Source: Brevibacterium luteolum
Lineage (GTDB): Bacteria > Actinomycetota > Actinomycetes > Actinomycetales > Brevibacteriaceae
Direction of reading: 5' to 3'
DNA: 64,000 nt
NCBI RefSeq assembly: GCF_013004595.1
Contig: NZ_JABEMC010000002.1
Span: 372,001 to 436,000, forward strand
The notes beneath the pieces are model-generated. The model worked only from the letters and a program-made list of their open reading frames with translations. It was not told the origin of the DNA and did no database searches. A program made the position numbers and the translations under genes. Of this stretch, positions 46,415 to 55,950 are shown piece after piece. How positions within the stretch are numbered: the first letter of the stretch is position 1; each line of letters begins with the position of its first letter.

Positions 46415-48045
46415 TGGCTCTCACCTCCGCGCTGGAAGTTCGTCGTCGGGGCGTCATCGGCGTCGATCCCCGCTCCCGAGGCGGGGGTGCGGTTCTGCTC
46501 GCCGGTCACGTACACCTCGGGAGGGGCCACCGGTGCGTCACCGGGACGGCGGACCTTGCGCTTGGAGCGCAGCCGGCCGAGCGTGGAGGCCAGCGCGGAT
46601 TCGTGGGCCTCGTCCTCGTCGACGGGCTTCTGGATGGTGAGCACGCCGGTTTGGAACTCCTCGGCCGGGCGGCGGGCGTTGTCGCTCATGCGCAGCATCA
46701 GGCCGATGATGATCCAGTTCGCGATGAGCGAGGAGCCGCCGTAGGCCAGGAACGGCGTGGTCAGGCCGGTGAGCGGGATGAGCCGGGTGACGCCGCCGAT
46801 GACGATGAAGCACTGCAGAGCGATGGTGAAGGACAGGCCGGTGGCCAGCAGGGTGCCGAAGCCGTCGCGCAGCTGCTGGGCGATCTTCATGCCGCGTTCG
46901 AAGAGGACCACGTAGAGCAGCAGGATCGCGAACATGCCCACCAGCCCGAGCTCCTCGCCGAGGGAGGCGTAGATGAAGTCGGATTCGGCATAGGGCACGA
47001 TGTGGGGCCGGCCGTTGCCCAGGCCCGCGCCGGTCAGTCCGCCTTTGGCCATGCCGAACAGGCCCTGCACCAGCTGGTAGGACCCGCCGATCTCACGGTT
47101 GTACATGTCCGGGTTGAGCGCATCGAGCCAGCCGTCGAGGCGCTGCTGGACGTGGCTGAAGATGCGCGAGGCGATGAGCGCACCGGCGGTGAACATGCCC
47201 AGGCCGAGGAAGATCCAGGCCTTCTTGCCGGTGCCGACGTAGAGGACGGCGACGAAGAGGCCGAAGAACAGCAGCGAGGTGCCGAGGTCGCGCTGCAGGA
47301 CGAGGATGCCGACGCTGGCGATCCAGGCGATGATGATCGGCCCGAGGTCGCGTGGGCGCGGGAACTGCATGCCGAGGAATTTGGGTCCGGCGAGCACGAG
47401 CTGGTCGCGGTAGCTGACGAGGTAGCCGGCGAAGAAGATCGCCAGGCAGATCTTGGCGATCTCACCGGGCTGGAAGGACATGCCGCCGATGCCGATCCAG
47501 ATGCGGGCGCCGTTGATCGTCTTGCCGAGGCCGGGCACGAGCGGCAGCATGAGCAGCACGAGAGCGGCTAAGCCGGTGAGGTAGGTGTAGCGGCGCAGCA
47601 TCCGGTGATCGCGCAGGAACGCGATGACGAGGGCGCACAGGATGATCCCGAGGGTCATCCAGATGAGCTGGGAGACGGCGGCATTCGATTCGCGACCGGC
47701 GGCGGTCTTGGCGACGTCGATGCGGTAGATCATCGCCAGGCCGAGGCCGTTGAGCAGCACGGCCAGCGGCACGAGGACGGGGTCGGCGTAGCGGGCCCGC
47801 CACCACACGATGAGGTGCAGGGCGAGGGCGAGGGCTGCCAGCCAGCCGGCGTACTGGTAGACGTTGGCGGGCACGGTCTGTTCACTGCCGAGGCCCACGA
47901 GTGCGTAGGCGCCGGCGGAGATGACGACGGCCAGCGCGGTCAGCAGCAGCTCGGAGATCCGCAGGGCCTGCGGGCTCCGGTGCCGCTGGGGCGTCGTCGC
48001 GGCCGGGGAGAGTGCGGGAGCGTCAGGTGCGTAGCTCATGCTCAC
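46411..48045 (-). CDS. rodA: SEDS family protein RodA
   Basis: FQPGEIAK, QRDLGT, EELGL, PLTGLTTPFLAYGGSS. Confidence 0.94.
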   Translation of the reverse strand: MSMSYAPDAPALSPAATTPQRHRSPQALRISELLLTALAVVISAGAYALVGLGSEQTVPANVYQYAGWLAALALALHLIVWWRARYADPVLVPLAVLLNGLGLAMIYRIDVAKTAAGRESNAAVSQLIWMTLGIILCALVIAFLRDHRMLRRYTYLTGLAALVLLMLPLVPGLGKTINGARIWIGIGGMSFQPGEIAKICLAIFFAGYLVSYRDQLVLAGPKFLGMQFPRPRDLGPIIIAWIASVGILVLQRDLGTSLLFFGLFVAVLYVGTGKKAWIFLGLGMFTAGALIASRIFSHVQQRLDGWLDALNPDMYNREIGGSYQLVQGLFGMAKGGLTGAGLGNGRPHIVPYAESDFIYASLGEELGLVGMFAILLLYVVLFERGMKIAQQLRDGFGTLLATGLSFTIALQCFIVIGGVTRLIPLTGLTTPFLAYGGSSLIANWIIIGLMLRMSDNARRPAEEFQTGVLTIQKPVDEDEAHESALASTLGRLRSKRKVRRPGDAPVAPPEVYVTGEQNRTPASGAGIDADDAPTTNFQRGGESQ

Positions 48046-49610
48046 CCGCCCGTGTCCGAGGACCGTTCGGGCACGCCCTGACCCTGCTGGTCGGTGCTGT
48101 CGGGGTTCGGTTCGCCGGTGTTCTTCGGCGGCGGTGCCGGGTCCGTTGAGGTATCGGCGGCGCCGGCGCTCATCTTCTTCGCGGCGTTCTGCTCGGCCTC
48201 ATCGCGCAGGTTGCCGACGAGTCTGTCGGCATCGGCGCGTGAGCTGGCCGGAATGGTCTGCTCGATGCGGCGCTGCGAGTACGCCGAGAGGTCATCGACG
48301 CGCACCTCGGTGGTCTCGTCGAGTTCGGAGAGTTCGATCGGCCCGAGCTTCTGGGCGATGCCGCGGTAGACAGCGACATTGCCGGCGTCGGCGGCGACGT
48401 AGTACTGCCCGCGGATGAAGGTGTAGCCGACGACGCCAGCGAGCACGAGTGCTGCGAGCACGGCGATGGTGACGATGATGCCGAGCAGCGGGCGGCGCCT
48501 GGGTCTCTCATCATCGTCCCAGTCCTCGTCGTGACGGGCGATGTCCTCGTCGTGGCGGGCGATCTCCTGGGTCTCAGCGACGGTCGCGGTGCGCGTGCCG
48601 CGACCGCGGGCAGCCGAGCCAAGATCCCCGGCGGCGGTGGCCCCACCGGGACCAGCGGCCGTGCCCGAGGCGCCGATCGCCGCGGCAGGTGCGCCGTTGT
48701 CGGGCCGGTCGACGACGTCGAGTGGGCGGGTGTCGGTGTTGTCTTCGCCGATGGTGTCGAACTGGCCGGTGTCGATGAGTTCGGTGGGGGTGTCCTTCTG
48801 GCCCAGCAGCGCGAACTGCGGGTTGTCGCGCACCGAGCCGACGGATTCGCCGCTGGTGGTCTCAGCGCTGTCGTCGGCCGCGACGACATCGCCGATGACG
48901 ACGGTGATATTGTCTGCGCCGCCGCCGTCGAGGGCCATTTCGACGAGCCGGTCGCAGCAGGCGCCGGGGTCGTCGACGGTGGCCAGGGTGTGCTTGATCT
49001 CGTCGATGTCGGCGAATCCGGTCAGCCCGTCGGAGCACAGCATCCAGCGGTCGCCGATGCGCGCCTCGCGGATCGACATGTCGAGTTCCGGTGCCGCGCC
49101 GACGTCGCCGAGCACGCGCATGACAACCGAGCGCTGCGGATGCTGTTCGGCCTCTTCGGCGGTGATGCGGCCTTCATCGACGAGCATCTGCACGAAGGTG
49201 TGGTCGTGGGTGGCGAGGTCGAGTTCGCCGTCGCGCAGCAGGTAGCCGCGCGAGTCGCCGATGTGGGCCAGGGCCAGCTTCGAACCGGCGCGCAGCAGCG
49301 CGGTGACGGTGGTGCCCATTCCGGCGAGTTCGGGCTTCTCGGCCACCGAGTTGGTGATGCGCTCATTGGCGTCGAGGATCGCGGTGCGCAGCGCTTCGGA
49401 GGCGTCGTGTTCGTGATCGTCGGCATCGAGGTCGGAGAGCCGGGCGACGGTGATCGCCGAGGCGACGTCACCTCCGGCGTGCCCGCCCATGCCGTCGGCG
49501 ATGAGCAGGAAGTTCGGCCCGGCATAGCCGGAGTCCTGGTTGTTCTTGCGCACCGCGCCGACGTGGGAGCGAGCGGCTGAGCGCAGCATGATGGGGTGGG
49601 GACTGCTCAC
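48042..49610 (-). CDS. pstP: PP2C Ser/Thr phosphatase
   Basis: NQDS, ADGMGGH, HIGDSR, CSDGL, DNIT; C-terminal TM. Confidence 0.94.
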   Translation of the reverse strand: MSSPHPIMLRSAARSHVGAVRKNNQDSGYAGPNFLLIADGMGGHAGGDVASAITVARLSDLDADDHEHDASEALRTAILDANERITNSVAEKPELAGMGTTVTALLRAGSKLALAHIGDSRGYLLRDGELDLATHDHTFVQMLVDEGRITAEEAEQHPQRSVVMRVLGDVGAAPELDMSIREARIGDRWMLCSDGLTGFADIDEIKHTLATVDDPGACCDRLVEMALDGGGADNITVVIGDVVAADDSAETTSGESVGSVRDNPQFALLGQKDTPTELIDTGQFDTIGEDNTDTRPLDVVDRPDNGAPAAAIGASGTAAGPGGATAAGDLGSAARGRGTRTATVAETQEIARHDEDIARHDEDWDDDERPRRRPLLGIIVTIAVLAALVLAGVVGYTFIRGQYYVAADAGNVAVYRGIAQKLGPIELSELDETTEVRVDDLSAYSQRRIEQTIPASSRADADRLVGNLRDEAEQNAAKKMSAGAADTSTDPAPPPKNTGEPNPDSTDQQGQGVPERSSDTGG

Positions 49611-50119
49611 GAACGTAGCTCCATGGTGGTGTGGCCGACGGTCACGGCGGTGCCGGGGGAGATGGGGATGGGGCTGGACAGGCGCTGTTCGCCGATGAAG
49701 GTTCCGTTGGTGGAGCCGAGGTCCTCGACGTACCAGCGGCCGCCGGAGGGGACGAAGCGGGCGTGATGGCCGGAGGCGAAGTCATCGTCGAGCACCAGGG
49801 TGTTGTCACTGGAGCGGCCGATCGTGATCGGCGCGGTGCCCAGCGCGATGACCATCCCCTGCAGCGCACCGGAGGTGACGACGAGGGAGTGGGGCTGCTG
49901 CGGCGCGGCAGCAGGCGGGTGGTGTGGCTGCGAGGAGGCCGAGCCGGCAGGCGCAGCAGCGGGGCTGCCAGCGGTCTTCCGGCTGCGTCGGGACGCTCGA
50001 TTGCGGCTGCGACGTGGGCCGAAGAGGTCTTGGCGCAGGACACCGGCGATGAGGAAGACGAAGAGCCACAGCAGAACGAAGAATGCCAACCGCAGCACCA
50101 GGACGGTGAACTCGCTCAT
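49607..50119 (-). CDS. fhaB: FHA domain protein FhaB/FipA
   Basis: N-terminal TM, IGRS, SGHHA, DLGSTNGT. Confidence 0.92.
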   Translation of the reverse strand: MSEFTVLVLRLAFFVLLWLFVFLIAGVLRQDLFGPRRSRNRASRRSRKTAGSPAAAPAGSASSQPHHPPAAAPQQPHSLVVTSGALQGMVIALGTAPITIGRSSDNTLVLDDDFASGHHARFVPSGGRWYVEDLGSTNGTFIGEQRLSSPIPISPGTAVTVGHTTMELRS

Positions 50120-51030
50120 CAGCCTCCCATTTCCCGGTGCCGGAACAGCACCTCGGTGTCGCCGGCGGTGAGCCGCGCCCCATCGGTGAGCATGACAGAG
50201 GTGATGCGGCGGCCGTCGAGCAGCGTGCCGTTCGTCGACCCGAGGTCGGCAGCGGTGGCGTGGCCGTCGCGCACTGTGATCTCGAAGTGCCGGCGCGAGA
50301 CGCCGGAGTCGTCGAGGACGATGTCGGCGCTGTTCGACGAGCGGCCGAACACGGTCGTGCCTTCGCCGAGGCGGTAGCTGCGGCCGTTGATCTCGGCGCT
50401 GCACTGGACGTTCGATCCGGGGCGCTCGGTGCCTCGGGGGCGGCCCATCGTCGCACCGGCAGCGCCGGGGTATGCCGGAGCCGGGACGGAGGTGGCGGCA
50501 GGCGCGTGGCCGGATGCGCGGCTGGCGGCGACCTGCGGGTTCGGTCGCGAAGAGGTGTGACCGGTGCGCTGCTCCCATTCCTCGGCGACGATGGGGTTGG
50601 CGCGGCTCTCAGGGTCGTAGCCGCCCCGGTTGGGCGGCTGCGCGGCCGGCGAGCCGTCGGGGCGCAGCGTGTTGGAGCGCACCCGGTAGATGCCGGTGTC
50701 GAGGTCTTCGGCGCGTTCGAAGCCGACGCTGATGGGGCCCACAAAGCTGTAGCCCTGTTCGACGGCATGGTCGCCGACGACCTGGCGCAGATCGCGGCGC
50801 AGCTCGGCCTGGATCGGCTCGAGGCGGTCGAAGTCGTTGGCGGAGAGTTCGATCGTATAGCTGTTGGCTGTCAGCGTGCGCCCGCGGGAAACGACGGCTG
50901 CGCGGTTGTCGGACTCGGTGCGCAGTGCGCCGGCGAGTTCGACGGGCTCGACCTGGGAGCGGAAGGCCTTGGCGAAGGCGCCGTTGACGACGCGTTCGAT
51001 GCGGCGTTCGAAGCGATCGAGTACGCCCAT
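50119..51030 (-). CDS. fhaA: DUF3662 + FHA protein FhaA
   Basis: MGVLDRFERRIE..FAKAFRS..PVEL; C-terminal FHA with SRRH and DLGSTNG. Confidence 0.93.
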   Translation of the reverse strand: MGVLDRFERRIERVVNGAFAKAFRSQVEPVELAGALRTESDNRAAVVSRGRTLTANSYTIELSANDFDRLEPIQAELRRDLRQVVGDHAVEQGYSFVGPISVGFERAEDLDTGIYRVRSNTLRPDGSPAAQPPNRGGYDPESRANPIVAEEWEQRTGHTSSRPNPQVAASRASGHAPAATSVPAPAYPGAAGATMGRPRGTERPGSNVQCSAEINGRSYRLGEGTTVFGRSSNSADIVLDDSGVSRRHFEITVRDGHATAADLGSTNGTLLDGRRITSVMLTDGARLTAGDTEVLFRHREMGG

Positions 51031-51353
51031 TCGGTGCCTCCTCTCCTGCCGGCTGCGGCACGTGGGCTGCGGCAGCGGGCTGCGGCAGCGGGTCGTGCGG
51101 TCGGTTCTCCGTGCACGTTGAAGGGATCAGCGTGCGAGCTGTCAACACTCCATGCTAACGCGATACCTTGTCAATCACATGCCGACTGTGCTGAATATCT
51201 GCCCAGAATGCCATACCGCTGTCGCGCCTGAGGTGGGCCTCTGCGGTTGTCACCGGTTGTTCCGGCCAGCGTCGCAGAGCGGTATCAGCTGTGTCCCGCG
51301 CCACCGGATTGGCGCTGCCGCGGGCAGGGTGTTAGAGTTTCCTGGTGCTGCTC

Positions 51354-51437
<84 letters not shown>

Positions 51438-51445
51438 CGTTGGGA

Positions 51446-51490
51446 AAACAGCCCCTCACCAGGCGAAACACCTCGGTGGGGGGCTGTTTC
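51446..51490 (+). terminator. Hairpin after tRNA-Leu
   Basis: AAACAGCCCC...GGGGCTGTTT imperfect stem. Confidence 0.6.
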
Positions 51491-51634
51491 GCATCGTCGG
51501 CGGTCCGTGTTCCGCGCGCCGTGCTGCTGCGCGTCCGTCCCGTGCTGCTGAGAATCCTCTTTGCCGCACGCGACGCACCCCGATAGCGTGTGAGCAACCA
51601 TGACAACGATGTCTGCTGATGAAAGAGGTGCCGC

Positions 51635-52918
51635 ATGGTGGAGAAGTCCGCGTCGGTGACGGGCAGGGCGCTGCTGCGCGGAGTGCGGGTGTTCGATGGG
51701 GAGGACTTCCTCCCCCAGCTGCAGGACGTGCGCGTTACCGATGGGGTGATCGAGTCGCTCACCGCGACCGAGGCCTCGGCAGCGGAAGCGGATTCACCGG
51801 CCGCCTCAGGCGCGGATGCTGCCAGCGGCGACCTCGAGGTCATCGACGCCTACGGCCACACCCTCACCCCGGGCATCATCGACTGCCACGTCCATGTGTG
51901 CTTCTCCGATGCGGGATCGCTGACCGCCTTCACCGAACCGTTCTCACTGCAGTTCTACAAGTCCGTCGTCCACCTGCAGCGCACCCTGCAGGCCGGGGTC
52001 ACCACTGCCCGTGATGCCGGCGGCGCCGACGCCGGAGTGCGTCACGCTCTGCAGACCGGGCTCATCAGCGGTCCCGACCTCCGCCTGGCGATCTCGATCA
52101 TGTCCCAGACCGGCGGGCACGGTGACGGGCAGATGCTCTCAGGCTGCTCGATGCCGATGCTCACCAGCCATCCCGGCCGACCCGACGGTGTCGCCGACGG
52201 GCCTGAGGGGGTGCTGCGGAAGGTGCGAGAGATCCTGCGCGCTGGCGCCGATCAGATCAAGATCTGCTCGACCGGCGGGGTGCTGTCGCCGACTGACGAT
52301 CCCCGGCACTCACAGTTCACCGAGGAGGAGATCGCCGTCATCGTCTCCGAGGCGCACGCCCAGGGCTCCTATGTCATGTCCCATGCCCAGGGGACCGAGG
52401 GGATCAAGAACGCGCTGCGGGCTGGGGTTCGTTCGATCGAACACGGCATCTACCTCGACGACGAGTCGATCGAGATGATGCTCGAGGCCGGCACCTTCCT
52501 CGTTCCGACTCTGCAGGCCCCGATGTCCGTCATCGCCGCCGCCGATGCCGGTGCACCCCTGCCGCCAGCTGTCGTCGACAAGGCCCGGCGGGTCGCTGAG
52601 ACGCACGCCGCTTCGATCGCCGCCGCCTACGAGGCCGGTGTGCAGATCGCGATGGGCACCGATGCCGGAGTCGGCGAGCACGGGCAGAATCTCGAGGAGA
52701 TCGAGCTGATGATCGCCAACGGCATGGCCCCTGTCGATGCGCTCGCCTCCGCCACCTCGGTCGCGGCACGCCTGCTCGATGACGAGAACATCGGGCGGAT
52801 CGCACCCGGTCAGACAGCTGACCTTGTGCTCTTCGACACCGACCTGCGTGACGGCGGAGCCGAGAAGATCCGCCAGCACACCATCGGTGTGTGGCAGGCC
52901 GGTAGGCGCGTGCGCTGA
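51635..52918 (+). CDS. Metal-dependent amidohydrolase (Xaa-Pro dipeptidase-like subgroup)
   Basis: PGIIDCHVH, GVTTARDAG, IKIC, SHAQG, SIEHG, GTDAG. Confidence 0.9.
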   Translation: MVEKSASVTGRALLRGVRVFDGEDFLPQLQDVRVTDGVIESLTATEASAAEADSPAASGADAASGDLEVIDAYGHTLTPGIIDCHVHVCFSDAGSLTAFTEPFSLQFYKSVVHLQRTLQAGVTTARDAGGADAGVRHALQTGLISGPDLRLAISIMSQTGGHGDGQMLSGCSMPMLTSHPGRPDGVADGPEGVLRKVREILRAGADQIKICSTGGVLSPTDDPRHSQFTEEEIAVIVSEAHAQGSYVMSHAQGTEGIKNALRAGVRSIEHGIYLDDESIEMMLEAGTFLVPTLQAPMSVIAAADAGAPLPPAVVDKARRVAETHAASIAAAYEAGVQIAMGTDAGVGEHGQNLEEIELMIANGMAPVDALASATSVAARLLDDENIGRIAPGQTADLVLFDTDLRDGGAEKIRQHTIGVWQAGRRVR

Positions 52919-53066
52919 GACCTTCCGGCACCCAGGCTCAGCGCTGTGTCGGCACCCCCTGCTCTCCCAGTTGTGATCTGTGCTTCGCTCCCGTCGGCTG
53001 AGAATCTGCATTGTCCAGGCGTTTCGATCGGTGACAGCCTGACAGCAGTATGCACAAGGGAGTGTC

Positions 53067-53195
53067 ATGTACGACGTCATCGTCATCGCTATCGCCCTCG
53101 TCGCCTGTCTGGCGGTCGGGGAGCTCATCTCCACTCAGTGCGGGGTCGGGAAAATCCACCTTCCTGCGTTGCATCAATCTGTTGGAGCAGCCTGA
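53067..53195 (+). pseudogene. Probable 5' remnant of a membrane protein gene
   Basis: [33 protein letters not shown] runs into out-of-frame ABC ATPase sequence and stops at 42 aa. Confidence 0.5.
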
Positions 53196-53781
53196 TGGCG
53201 GGCGGATCCTGGTTAAGGGTGAGGACGTAGGCTACACGGTCAAACGGGATCGATTGCATCAGCTCCCTCCGCGAGAACTGGCACGGAGGCGCGCCCGAAT
53301 CGGCATGGTGTTTCAGCAGTTCAACCTGTTCACGCACATGACAGTCTTGGAGAACATCACTGAAGGTCCTGTCGGCGTCCTGGGTCATAAGCGCAGCGCC
53401 GCGAACCGGCGTGCTGCGGAGTTGCTTGATCTGGTCGGGCTGGCTGGGCGAGAGAAGGCCTATCCGGAGCAGCTTTCGGGAGGACAGCAGCAACGGGTCG
53501 CGATCGCTCGCGCATTGGCGATGGACCCAGCACTCGTGCTCTTCGACGAGCCGACCTCGGCTCTCGACCCCGAGCTCGTCGGCGAGGTGCTCTCGACGAT
53601 GCGCACACTAGCCGACGGAGGACTGACGATGGTGGTCGTCACCCATGAGATCTCGTTCGCCAGAGAAGCAGCAGATCGCGTGATCTTCATCGACGGCGGT
53701 GTCATCGTTGAGCAGGGGCCACCTGAAGACGTGCTTGATCACCCCCAGCACGCCAGGACTCGGGAGTTCCTCGCTCGGTGA
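53140..53781 (+). pseudogene. 5'-truncated polar amino acid ABC ATP-binding gene (GlnQ-like)
   Basis: Begins inside Walker A ([13 protein letters not shown]); [39 protein letters not shown]; no credible start, no partner permease or binding protein. Confidence 0.75.
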
Positions 53782-53821
53782 ACTCAGACGTCACCGGCAG
53801 AATCACTCTGCTCGTGATGGC

Positions 53822-53852
53822 GGTCGGGGCAGCTCCTGCAGCTGCCCCGACC
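53822..53852. terminator. Hairpin between convergent genes
   Basis: 13-bp stem GGTCGGGGCAGCT/AGCTGCCCCGACC. Confidence 0.7.
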
Positions 53853-53868
53853 CTTTCGTATCTGCGCT

Positions 53869-55251
53869 TCAGATCAGCTCCCACGCGTCGGTGAGCACCG
53901 AGCGGATGATCTGCTCCATCTCCTCGAAGTCTTCCGGGCCGCAGGTCAGCGGCGGGGAGAGCTGGATGACCGGTTCGCCGCGGTCATCGGCGCGGCAGTA
54001 CAGGCCGCGCTCGTACAGTGCAGAGGAGACGAAGCCCTTGAGGACGCGCTCGCACTCCTCAGCGGTGAAGGTCTCCTTCGTCGCCTGATCCTTGACCAGC
54101 TCGATGCCGTAGAAGTAGCCCTCGCCGCGCACATCGCCGACGATCGGAAGGTCGAGCAGCTTCTCCAGGGTCTTGCGGAACGTCGGTGCGTTCGTGGCGA
54201 CCCGGGTGTTGAGCTCTTCGCTTTCGAAGATGTCGAGATTGGCCATCGCGACGTGGCAGGCAACGGGGTGACCGCCGAAGGTGTAACCGTGGTAGAAGGT
54301 CTCCCCGCCCTTGCCGAAGGGCTCGAACAGACGATCCGATGCGATCATCGCACCCAGTGGCGCATAGCCGGAGGTGATGCCCTTGGCGCAGGTGATGATG
54401 TCGGGGACGAAGTCGAAGTCGTTGCAGGCGAACATCGAACCGATGCGGCCGAAGGCGCAGATCGTCTCATCGGAGACGAGCAGCACGTCATGCTCATCGC
54501 AGATCTCGCGCACCCGCTCGAAATAGCCCGGCGGCGGCGGGAAGCAGCCGCCGGAGTTCTGCACCGGCTCGAGGAACACGGCTGCCACCGAATCGGCGCC
54601 CTCGAACTCGATGGCCTCCGCGATGCGGTCGGCTGCCCACTGGCCGAAGGCCTTCTCATCACCGGCGAAGCGGTCATCGGCACGGTAGAAGTTCGTGTTC
54701 GGCACCTTGTGGGCACCCGGCACGAGCGGAGCGAACTGATTGCGCAGATCCGGCAGGGAGGTGACGCTCAGCGCACCGTGCGGAGTGCCGTGGTAGGCGG
54801 TGGCGCGGGAGATGACCTTGTGCTTGCCGGGCTTGCCGGTGAGCCGGAAGTAGTTCTTCGCCAGCTTGAGCGCCGACTCGACCGAGTCGCCGCCGCCGGA
54901 GGTGAGGAACACGCGGTTGAGGTCACCGGGGGCGTAGCCGGCCAGGCGCTCAGAGAGCTGGATGGCCGGTTCGTGGGTGTAGGACCACAGGGGGAAGAAG
55001 CCGAGCTTCTTCGTCTGGTCGTAGGCGGCCTGGGCGAGTTCCTCACGGCCATGGCCGACCTGAACGACGAACAGTCCGGCGAGACCGTCGATGAGCTTTC
55101 TGCCGGTGTCGTCGAAGATGTGGTGGCCCTCGCCGTGGGTGATGACCGGGGTGCGGCCGCCCTCGAAGAGGTGCTTGTGATTGGCCATGTGCATCCACAC
55201 GTGATCGCGGATGCCGGTTTGAAGGTTGTGCTGTTCCACGTGGTTCTCCAC
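53869..55251 (-). CDS. Class III aminotransferase (putrescine/omega-amine type)
   Basis: DGLAGLF, AYHGT, LEPVQNSGG, DETICAFGR, AKGITSGY, HGYTFGGHP. Confidence 0.9.
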   Translation of the reverse strand: MENHVEQHNLQTGIRDHVWMHMANHKHLFEGGRTPVITHGEGHHIFDDTGRKLIDGLAGLFVVQVGHGREELAQAAYDQTKKLGFFPLWSYTHEPAIQLSERLAGYAPGDLNRVFLTSGGGDSVESALKLAKNYFRLTGKPGKHKVISRATAYHGTPHGALSVTSLPDLRNQFAPLVPGAHKVPNTNFYRADDRFAGDEKAFGQWAADRIAEAIEFEGADSVAAVFLEPVQNSGGCFPPPPGYFERVREICDEHDVLLVSDETICAFGRIGSMFACNDFDFVPDIITCAKGITSGYAPLGAMIASDRLFEPFGKGGETFYHGYTFGGHPVACHVAMANLDIFESEELNTRVATNAPTFRKTLEKLLDLPIVGDVRGEGYFYGIELVKDQATKETFTAEECERVLKGFVSSALYERGLYCRADDRGEPVIQLSPPLTCGPEDFEEMEQIIRSVLTDAWELI

Positions 55252-55254
55252 TTC

Positions 55255-55725
55255 CTAGCGTGTGCCCCAGTTGTACTTCTGGTCCCAGAGCTTGAGGTAC
55301 ATCATCGTCTCGGTTGATTCGACATGCTCGATCGAGCGCAGCTGCCGCAGCAGGGCCAGCAGCTCATCGTCATCAGCGCAGACGACTTCGATGAGGATGT
55401 CGTAGACCCCAGCGGTGACGACGGTGTAGTCGACCTGCGGCAGCTGGCTGAGGATCTCGGCGGTCTCAGTGATGTCTCCGCTGACCTTCACCCCGATCAT
55501 CGCCTGCCGGTGAAAGCCCAGCTGCAGGGGAGAGGTGACGGCCACGATCTGCATGACCCCGGCTGCGGTGAGCTTGGAAACCCGCTGGCGCACGGCCGCC
55601 TCGGACATGCCGATGTCGCGGCCGATCTCGGCGTAGCTGCGCCTGCCGTCCTGCTGAAGGGCCTCGATGATCGCCTTCGACTTGGCATCGAGCTCCGTAT
55701 CCGGCGCAGGGGTCTCAGCGGTCAT
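55255..55725 (-). CDS. Lrp/AsnC family regulator
   Basis: LQQDGRRSYAEIG..SEAAVRQRV. Confidence 0.92.
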   Translation of the reverse strand: MTAETPAPDTELDAKSKAIIEALQQDGRRSYAEIGRDIGMSEAAVRQRVSKLTAAGVMQIVAVTSPLQLGFHRQAMIGVKVSGDITETAEILSQLPQVDYTVVTAGVYDILIEVVCADDDELLALLRQLRSIEHVESTETMMYLKLWDQKYNWGTR

Positions 55726-55950
55726 GACGCCTCCTTCAGAACTCACCATAACAATGCAATCAGTGGTTCGTACCATATCTGATTGCGAAAACAGTTTGCA
55801 AGAGTGACCAGGAGTACGAAATCAGTAGACATTGCGGGGAGGTGTCGTTACTCTGGTGAAACGCTGATGTGCCTCGCCTCACACCACGGCACCACCTGTG
55901 CCGGGGCAGGACCCCAGTTCAGCACCACCGACACGGAGGTTCGAAGACCC

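Noticed and set aside
53050..53781. Intact 243-aa ABC ATPase as given in the ORF track
   Set aside because: Its N-terminus is a Ser-rich off-frame reading and the Walker A lacks its first Gly; treated as a pseudogene
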